Origin: Anolis carolinensis
Lineage: Eukaryota
Direction of reading: 5' to 3'
DNA: 64,000 bases
Assembly: GCF_035594765.1 (NCBI RefSeq)
Contig: NC_085841.1
Span: 364,735,252-364,799,251 of the forward strand
Shown here: positions 55,130 through 64,000 of the stretch, piece after piece
Layout of the letters: each line of letters starts with the position of its first letter
Position numbering within the stretch: position 1 is the first letter of the stretch
The notes under the pieces: generated by a model
The model's input: only the letters and a program-made list of their open reading frames with translations
What the model was told of the DNA's origin: nothing
Databases searched by the model: none
Made by a program: the position numbers and the translations under genes

Positions 55130-55434
55130 GCCGGGCGCGGTGGCGCGCGCCTGTAATCCAGCTGCGCGGAGGCTGAGGGCGGCGGATGGCGTGAGCTCAG
55201 GAGTTCTGGGCCGCGGCGGGCTATGCCGATCGGGTGTCCGCGCTAAGTCCGGCGTCAATATGGGGGCCCGCGGGGAGCCGGGGGCCGCCAGGTTGCCTCA
55301 GGAGGGGTGAACCGGCCCAGGCCGGAGACGGAGCAGGTCAAAACTCCCGCGCCGACCAGTAGCGGGACCGCGCCCGTGAATAGCCGCCACGGCGCAGCCT
55401 GGGCAAGACAGCCAGACCCGACCTCAAACCTTTT
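55130..55434 (+). ncRNA. RN7SL: 7SL / SRP RNA gene, copy B
   Basis: Mirror image of 45910-46214 (coordinate sum 101344); GCCGGGCGCGGTGG...CAGCCTGGGCAAGACAGCCAGACCCGACCTC followed by TTTT at 55431-55434. Confidence 0.97.
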
Positions 55435-55989
55435 GCCCGTTCGGCTGAGCTTCCTTTTCATTCGGAACAGAGAGAGAGCGCCTATAGGGGCGCCTCTCAG
55501 TCCCTTTTCCCATTCACCTCAAGCCATTTCCCCTCCGCTCCGCAGCGACTCCTCCCGGCCGGACGCACAACTGCAGCGCCCAAAAACAGCCTCTCCCCGC
55601 CGCCGACGCCAGGAGGCGCTGCGCCACGGCGGCAAGTAGGGAGCTCAGCGAGGAAAGCACATCCAAGCTGGGCCAAGTTACTCCCTTTTACATCCACACT
55701 TTAACATTAACGCACTTTAGCCCCGCTTTGCTTGCTATGCCTCAGTATTATGGCATCTTGGAAACGGTAGTTTCTCTTTCGCCTTCCTTTTGGCCTCGCA
55801 AAATCCTTTCCTTCCTACAATAATTCCATAACTTTCTGCCAAGCTACTGAAAGTGGCATCAAACTGTGTTAATCCTACAGTGCGGATGCAGCCCAAGGAG
55901 AAATCAAGAGACTTTATCTTTCTTTATGAATAATATGAATAATATTTTTAACGGTCTGCTATGGCTTGTATTATGATATATATACAGAG

Positions 55990-56146
55990 NNNNNNNNNNN
56001 NNNNNNNNNNNNNNNNNNNNNNNNNNNNNNNNNNNNNNNNNNNNNNNNNNNNNNNNNNNNNNNNNNNNNNNNNNNNNNNNNNNNNNNNNNNNNNNNNNNN
56101 NNNNNNNNNNNNNNNNNNNNNNNNNNNNNNNNNNNNNNNNNNNNNN
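55990..56146. other. Assembly gap (157 N)
   Basis: Run of N directly at the end of the right arm of the inverted repeat. Confidence 1.
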
Positions 56147-56358
56147 GTCTCACCAAACTACAACTCCCAGGTAGGTACAAATGTATCTAAATGGAAGCCA
56201 TGGATTTTTGTATCCATGGGACTGCATATTGGGTTGATGTGAGTTTTCTGGAATGTCTGGCCGTGCTCCAGCAGTATTCTCTCCTGACATTTCGCCTGCA
56301 TCTGTGGCTGTTGGCATCTTCAGACGTTCTGTTGGCAGTGAGGTAAGTGGAGCATATA

Positions 56359-57586
56359 CCGTATATACTCAAGTATAAGCTGACCCGAATATAAGCCGAG
56401 GCACTTAATTTTACTACAAAAAAACCTGGGAAAACATTGACTCCAGTATAAGCCAAGATACCAATAAAATTACATTAATTGAGGCATCAGTAGTTTAGAT
56501 GTTTTTGGATCTTTACATCAAACTGTAATTTAAGATATGACTGTTCAACTCTGATTAAATCATTATTTTCACCTTCTTCAATGTATCCTTTTAATAATAA
56601 TATAGTGAAATAATAAATGTAATAATAATAATAAATGCGGTGAAATAATAAATGTAATAATAAATGCAGTAAAATAATAAATATATTAATAATAATAAAA
56701 ACAGAGTAAAATAAATGTAATAGTAACAACAATAATAGAGTAAAATAATAACTGTAATAATAATAAATGCAGTAAAATAATATATGTATTAATAATAATA
56801 AAAACAGAGTAAAATAAATGTAAAAGTAACAACAATAATAGAGTAAAATAATAACTGTAATAATAATAAATGCAGTAAAATAATAAATGTATTAATAATA
56901 ATAAAAATAGAGTAAAATAAATGTAAAAGTAACAACAATAATAGAGTAAAATAATAACTGTAATAATAATAAATGCAGTAAAATAATAAATGTATTAATA
57001 ATAATAAAAATAGAGTAAAATAAATGTAAAAGTAACAACAATAATAGAGTAAAATAATAACTGTAATAATAATAAATGCAGTAAAATAATAAATGTATTA
57101 ATAATAATAAAAATAGAGTAAAATAAATGTAAAAGTAACAACAATAATAGAGTAAAATAATAACTGTAATAATAATAAATGCAGTAAAATAATAAATGTA
57201 TTAATAATAATAAAAATAGAGTAAAATAAATGTAATAGTAACAACAATAATATAGTAAAATAATAAATGTAATAATAATAATAATAATAATAATAAATGC
57301 AGTAAATAATAAATGTTATAATAAATAGAGTAAAATAATAAATGTATTATTAATAATAAAAATAGCGTAAAATAAATGTAAAAGTAACAACAATAATAGA
57401 ATAAAATAATAAATGTAACAATACCAATAATAATAGAGAAACATAATAAATATACCATATATGCTTGAGTATAAGCCGACCTGAATATAAGCCCACCAGG
57501 ACCCTCACCCGAGTATAAGCCGAGGAGGTTTTTTTTCAGTCCTAAAAAAGGGCTGAAAAACTAGGCTTATACTCGAGTATATACAG
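56359..57586. mobile_element. Tc1/pogo-like non-autonomous element with an internal 103-bp AT-rich tandem repeat
   Basis: TIRs CCGTATATACTC.AGTATAAGC / GCTTATACTCGAGTATATACAG flanked by TA; the internal unit repeats at 56761, 56864, 56967, 57070 and 57173. Confidence 0.8.
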
Positions 57587-57589
57587 TAT

Positions 57590-57995
57590 ATATCTCTGGA
57601 ATGTCCAGGGTGAAATCAAGTGTGAATGTTGCGGTTAGCAAGCCTGAATAGCATTGAATAGCTGTGAAGTTTGCAAAGTCAATCAGTGAGGGTATCTGCA
57701 TAGAGGTAGCCTGGCTGTTTTTGCCTGGAGGCATCCTCTGTTGAGGAGGTGTTAACTGGCACTTGGTTGTTTGCTGTGTGGAGTTCCCCTGTTTTGAATG
57801 TTGCTCATTATTTACTGTCTTGATTCTGGTGCTTTTTAATACTTGTCACCAGATTGTGCCCATTTTCATGGCTTCTGTTGAAATTGTCCACGTGCTTCTT
57901 GTGGATTTCAGTGGTGTCTCTGTGTCGTCTGAAATGACGTCTTGTGTTCTCAGATAATAATCTGTGTCCAGGTTGGTTCATCACATGCATTGCAA
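57590..57995 (-). mobile_element. Penelope-like element 3' region (GIY-YIG endonuclease C-terminal remnant)
   Basis: Minus ORF HVMNQPGHRLLSENT...TEIHKKHVDNFNR resembles the end of the Penelope/Poseidon endonuclease. Confidence 0.65.
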
Positions 57996-58185
57996 CCTCA
58001 TTGTTTTTAATTCGATGTTTTAATACCGTGTTGTGTTTTTTCGGCTGCTGTGTATATATTATTATTGGTTTTTATTATTGTTCTTTGATGTTTTATATTT
58101 TACTTTATCATTGTTTTGCATCTGATTTTGCTGTGAGCCGCCCCGAGTCCCCTTCGGGGGAGATGGAGGCGGGATATAAATAAAC

Positions 58186-58235
<50 letters not shown>

Positions 58236-58895
58236 GCTATAGCTGACTTCTCTGGTTGGATTAGTCTGCAGTGCTTTTGTGTTCTTTGATTAATATTTGT
58301 GTTTAGTGGTCCCTTTGTAGACTGTATCACGGCCAAGTAGCCACAGTCAGAACAGACCACGGAATAACAGACTGGTTCAGCCCCGTTTGGCCCTGCGATC
58401 TTGCAATACGGTGCTGTTTGCAAATTAATTTCATCAGTATTCAGCGCAGGGGAAATATGAACGGCGGGCTAATGGTCAAACCGCTATTTTAATTTAAATC
58501 AGGGCGGGGTTGCGGGAGAAGGGGAGATCTATTATCGCCGGCAATAAATATACGGCGCTCGACAACATGTGCCGGGTTAATCATCTTGCCGGGCTGGAAT
58601 CAAATGAGTTCGGCTGCAAAGGAACGGTTTCTGGATTCCTCTGTTTCTTGTTGCCTTTGGAAGCTAGGTGGCACCGTGGTCATGCGGATGGTTTTGTGTG
58701 TTTTAGGAAAATGGAGCATCTACATTGCCATAGAGTGCCATTTGGAAATGCATGATATGAAGCTTGCAAAATTGATGGCCTTCCAGATGTTTCGGACTCT
58801 AACTCTCAGCAGCCAGGGCTTCCCAGTGAGCTCTCTCTCGGTGTCTCTGCCACAGTTTTTAAGGGTGGCTTTAAGCCCATCTTTCAGTCTTTTAG

Positions 58896-60123
58896 TCATG
58901 CCAGACTAATCTGATCTCTTTTTTCGATAGAGTTACGAGTTGGGTCGATACAGGGAATGCCGTGGATGTAGCGTACCTGGATTTCAGTAAGGCCTTCGAC
59001 AAAGTCCCCCACGACCTTCTGGCAAACAAACTAGTAAAATGTGGGCTAGACAAAACTACGGTTAGGTGGATCTGTAATTGGCTAAGCGAACGAACCCAAA
59101 GGGTGCTCACCAATGCGTCGTCTTCATCATGGAAAGAAGCGACAAGTGGAGTGCCGCAGGGCTCCGTCCTGGGCCCGGTTCTGTTCAACATCTTTATTAA
59201 CGACTTAGACGAAGGGTTAGAAGGCACGATCATCAAGTTTGCAGACGACACAAAACTGGGAGGGATAGCTAACACTCCAGAAGACAGGAGCAGAATTCAA
59301 AACGATCTTGACAGACTAGAGAGATGGGCCGAAACTAACAAAATGAAGTTCAACAGGGACAAATGCAAGATACTTCACTTCGGCAGAAAAAATGGAAATC
59401 AAAGATACAGAATGGGGGACGATGCCTGGCTTGGAGACCTTGGAGTCCTCGTGGACAACAAGTTAAACATGAGCCAACAATGTGATGCGGCAGCTAAAAA
59501 AGCCAATGGGATTCTGGCCGGCATCAATAGGGGAATAGCGTCTAGATCCAGGGAAGTCCTGCTCCCCCTTATTCTATTCTGCCTTGGTCAGACCACATTT
59601 GGAATACTGTGTCCAATTTTGGGCATCACAGTTGAAGGGAGATGTTGACAAGCTGGAAAGCGTCCAGAGGAGGGCGACTCAAAGGATCATGGGTCTGGAG
59701 AACAAGCCCTATGAGGAGCGGCTTAAAGAGCTGGGCATGTTTAGCCTGCAGAAGAGAAGGCTGAGAGGAGACATGATGAGAGCCATGTGTAAATACGTGA
59801 AGGGAAGTCATAGGGAGGAGGGAGCAAGCTTGTTTTCTGCTGCCCTGCAGACTAGGACGCGGAACAACGGCTTCAAACTACAGGAAAGGAGATTCCACCT
59901 GAACATCAGGAAGAACTTCCTCACTGTGAGAAGGGCTGTTCTGCAGTGGAACTCTCTCCCCGGGGCCGTGGTGGAGGCTCCTTCTTTGGAGACTTTTAAG
60001 CAGAGGCTGGATGGCCATCTGTCGGGGGTGCTTTGAATGCGATTTCCTGCTTCTTGGCAGGGGGTTGGACTGGATGGCCCATGAGGTCTCTTCCAACTCT
60101 ACTATTCTATGATTCTATGATTC
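58896..60123 (+). mobile_element. CR1 LINE, 5'-truncated, with a frameshifted reverse transcriptase
   Basis: ORFs 58962..59648 and 59584..60036: YLDFSKAFDKVPH...SGVPQGSVLGPVLFNIFINDL...KFADDTKL...[12 protein letters not shown]...[14 protein letters not shown]; 3' tail (ATTCTATG)n. Confidence 0.95.
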
Positions 60124-60199
60124 TTTTGCTGTCAATTTTCCATCCTTGAGTTGAGAGTAGAGTAGCTGCTTCAGGAGGCACGGATCTTTGTGTTGTACC

Positions 60200-61860
60200 T
60201 CAGCGCTGGTTCACCTTGCTCTTTACACACACCACCACCACATCAGACTTGGTTTAAACAGTTTATTGATAAAAGATAGCAAAGTCTGAATAAAAAGCAG
60301 TAAAGAAAGCAATAATCCAAATGTAAACGCAGTCAGTAGAAGGCAATAATGCAATGCAATGGCAGTCTGTAGAATATAGTTCAAAGTCTCTAATATCACA
60401 AATCAATCCTGAAAACAAGGCAGCATGAACTTCAAAACTGTCTTTCGGGGCTGCATAGGTCAACAGCATGCCGGTGCTATTAATGGTCAGAGGCTTAACC
60501 CGACCCGGGCTTCGAACTCATGACCTCTCAGTCAGTAGTGATTTATAGCAGCTGGTTACTAGCCAGCTGCGCCACTTACCTCTTTCCTCTACCTCTTGCA
60601 ATGCCTTTCATGCATCAGAGAGAATGAAATGCAAGTCGGTGATTACTTTGGCCCATAATTATTCTTGCAACCAAGTTGAAATGCATTGCTAGTAGGGGAG
60701 ATGTGTGCTCACCCCATTCCACACTAACATTTGCTCACTCAACCCAGTCATGAGCAAACTTTAGCTCTCTAGGTGTTTTGGACTTCAACTCCCACTGTTC
60801 CTAACAGCCTCAGGCCCTTTCCTTTTCACTTAAGCGGACAAGGGGAAAAAGGAAAGGGCCTGAGGATGTTAGGAATGGTGGGAGTTGAAGTCCAAAACAT
60901 CTGGAGAGTTAGTTTGCACATGCCTGGTCTAGCCAATGCCCTCCCAGTTCCACCTCCAGTCTCAGCTCTTGTCCCTCCCTTAAGTCCACCTTCCTTGTTC
61001 ATTCCCCTCCCAGTGAAGTCACTGTTTTCCAGTTCCGCTATCATAATTTTTTGGCCACTTTTGCAGGCCAAAACCTGGGTCAAAGTGTCCTGTTGCTGTG
61101 GAAACCTATCTCTTTGTTGTACCTCTGGGCTGGTTCACCATGCTCTTACACACCACCACAGCAAGCTTGGTTTAAATAGTTTATTGGTAAAAGATAGCAA
61201 AATCTGGATAAAAAGCAGTAAAGAAAGCAATAATCCACATGTAAAGGCAGTCAGTAGAAGGCAATAATCCAGTGCAAAGGCAGTCTGAAGAATATAGTTC
61301 AAAGTCTCTAATAAAAAGATCAATCCAGAAAACAAGACAGCATAAGCTTTAAAACATCGTCCAAAATGCAAGATCCAGGCATGAACAACAGCAAGATTAC
61401 TTTTCCAAGAGCATAGACAAGACAGGAACTCTGCTTCCAAAACTAGTGTTGCTTCGTCTGAAATCTTTCCCTGTTTCTCCCTTATTTAACCATGCTTACA
61501 AGCCAAGAAAGCATTCCTTTGTCCTTGGGTTCCCACACATTTACCAGCTATCCTAAGAGAACATCTGGGACGATGAACTTTTAACCTTAACCTTGTATCC
61601 CTATCTGAGGAAGACTCCTCTGACTCGCTGTCAGAGACACCTGGGACTTGTTGATGTTCTGAACTCTGTTGATGTTCTGAATCCTGTGAAAGGTCACCCT
61701 TATCACTGGCTTCTGCTTCACTGCTAGCCTGCGGCCTCTCTAACAATTCAGAGCCTTCAACATTTCCCTCATCAACATTTCCATGGTCAGCCTGCATAAA
61801 CCCAAATTCCCCTTTATCATCAGACTGAACTACAACACTTTGGGCATTTGGACAAACTAG
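60200..61860 (-). mobile_element. LTR-like fragments related to the 11000-12046 LTR class, with nested SINE/MITE pieces
   Basis: A duplicated LTR 3' part (60200-60440 ~ 61110-61350) with AATAAA on the minus strand; acidic GA-rich LTR body at 61500-61860. Confidence 0.5.
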
Positions 61861-64000
61861 CATTCAGTCCAGCGGAGTTGATAGCAGAGGTTCATTGCTT
61901 GAATGCTGGTGGTTTTTGCTTCTTCTTCTTCCAGAGTGCTGACATTTGTCCACCTTTCTTCTTCCCAAGAGATTTGCAGGATTTTTCAGAGGCAAAGCGT
62001 ATTAAACATCAAATTACATTGTGATTTTAGAAATTAAGCACCAAAACATCATGTTTTACAACAAATCGACATAAAAAGCAGTTCAATACATGGTAATGTT
62101 ATCTAGTAATTACTGTATTTACGAATTTAGCACCAAAACATCACAATGTATTGAAAACATTGACTGTTTGAACTGTTAAGATTGTAAGAAAGATTCCCTG
62201 TGTTACCTGCACAGAAAAACTACTTCAAATCTTATCTGTAACTGGACTGATAAGCAATCTACCTGTATGCTGAATACATGACGTTTGTGAGTAAACCAAC
62301 TATGTTACTTTAAAGACGTCTCCTTGTTTTTGGTTTCTTGAGAGCATGAGTTAAACCAAGATGTTTTAAGGGAGAGTTGATGTTTTTTGGGCAATTGAAA
62401 AGAACACTTATGAAACTCTGCTATATGTGTGTGTGTGTTTTTTTTTATGTACTGGCATATCTTTGTCCCTAACAGTTCAAAGATATACCGAGGTATGGTG
62501 ATGTGGCAGGAAGGAATCTTTCTATCCCACCGCTGCTACCAATTTGCGGAGATGTGGGGTAGAGGAGGAATCTTTTTATTAATTATATTATTATATATTT
62601 AACTATATCCGCTGCCACCAATATAAATATGTTTTATTTAACCGCGGCCACCAATTGTGGAGATGTCAGGCAGAGGGGAATTTATCTTCTTTTTTCTTCT
62701 TATTTACTTTAGATGGTATCGTAACTTAGTTTTGAATATATATGACAGAGACTTGGATATGGAAAGAATAATAAGTTTATTTCAGGCACAGAGCTTAGTG
62801 GTTACAGTAACTTCTTTAGAGGCACTTAGATAATGGTTTCAAAGTTATGGACTGATCACTTTGCATCTAACTGGGACTTCTTCCCCCTTACTACTCAGAC
62901 TCTACAAATAAACCTAAACAAGTCACCTAACTTGTTTAATTTAACACAACTAGAGATCTGAGTTTCCCTGGTTTCCCTAACTTGGAACCAGTGTCTTCCC
63001 TGTGACTAAAAATCACAGACTAAAATTTGAACTTCCCTGGTTTCCCTAAACCTGGAACCAGTCTATTTCCTGTGACTCTCAGATCACAGACTAAACTGTT
63101 TTTTAAAACATTCCCTCCTTTTCCTTCAAACGGCGGTTGGCTCCACTCTCGTTACTATGGTAACCTGCCTCAGAATGCTGAGCTGGTTACCATCCCCCTC
63201 GCACTGGTAACTAATACTTACCCTTTTAAACATGACTTTTAAAACGAAATTAAACATGACATCTATAAATCAAAATAAAAACACACTTCTTTACACTAGG
63301 CATATCAGTATAACAGCTGAGAAACGTGATTGCTTTGCATGAATACTGGTGGATATTTACCACAAAGGAGAAGGTTGACTCAGGTGAGATTTTAACTGTC
63401 AGTTCTTGAAAGCTATAGGACTCAAGCAGGCTCACGCAGGCAGTTACGTGGAAACGCTTTATTGAGGACCTTCTTTACAAGATGAAAACGAAGCTAGAAC
63501 TGACGTATTTCCGCCAAACCCTGAGTATATCTACCTCCTACCTTCCCCCCTCCCCACATTCACACGTATTTGTTATATAGTCCTTTCCCAGGTTTGAGAA
63601 ACCAGAGCTGGCCATAAAACCCATCCCTGGCCAGACGGCTCTTATCATTTAGATTATCTCTCACCCCCCATTGCTCTGGCAGGATGTGGAGAGTACAGTT
63701 GTTATGAATGCTGGGCTTTCACATCCTGACATTAACTCTTTTCAGGAAGATCCCTGATTTTCCCAAATGGTAATGAATGCCATTTTCTGAAAGGTATGGA
63801 AATTTCCATTTCCCAAAAGGTTATGATTTCTAACAAGGTTATGCCTTTCCAAAGATCATTATTCTCCAAAAGGAAGGAATCACTCTAATTAGCATTGGAA
63901 AGCTTTGTCTCTTGCCTGGGGGGCATCCTTTTTCCAGAGTCATTAGTAATCCCTGGAGCTCCTTTGCCCTCAGAGTGTTGCTTCCCATCTACTGTTCTGA

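Overview
Vertebrate genomic DNA, almost certainly a squamate; the repeat landscape (Sauria SINE, CR1, Penelope, Dong/R4, hAT/Tc1/Harbinger MITEs, Helitron) suggests an Anolis lizard, which is an inference. Gene order: DNAAF2 exon 1 (-), complete 19-exon POLE2 (-, 527 aa, one AT-AC U12 intron), complete 13-exon KLHDC1 (+, 409 aa) head-to-head with POLE2, then an inverted duplication arranged <-7SL | RPS29-> ... <-RPS29 | 7SL->. Both RPS29 copies are intact 3-exon genes and both 7SL (SRP RNA) genes are full length. The 7SL genes, RPS29 exons 1-2 and intron 1 are essentially identical and very GC-rich, while intron 2, the 3'UTRs and the inner promoters are strongly diverged. This pattern suggests an old palindrome kept identical in patches by gene conversion. 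The 7SL/RPS29 divergent promoter is a ~98-bp tandem array of copies of the 7SL promoter plus the first 14 nt of 7SL (6 units in the left arm, fewer and degenerate in the right). Other notable elements are a tandem RFX X-box/YY1 array at the DNAAF2 promoter and MITE-borne ZNF143-like motifs around POLE2 exon 1. A 157-N gap lies at 55990-56146. All calls are by eye; no searches were run.
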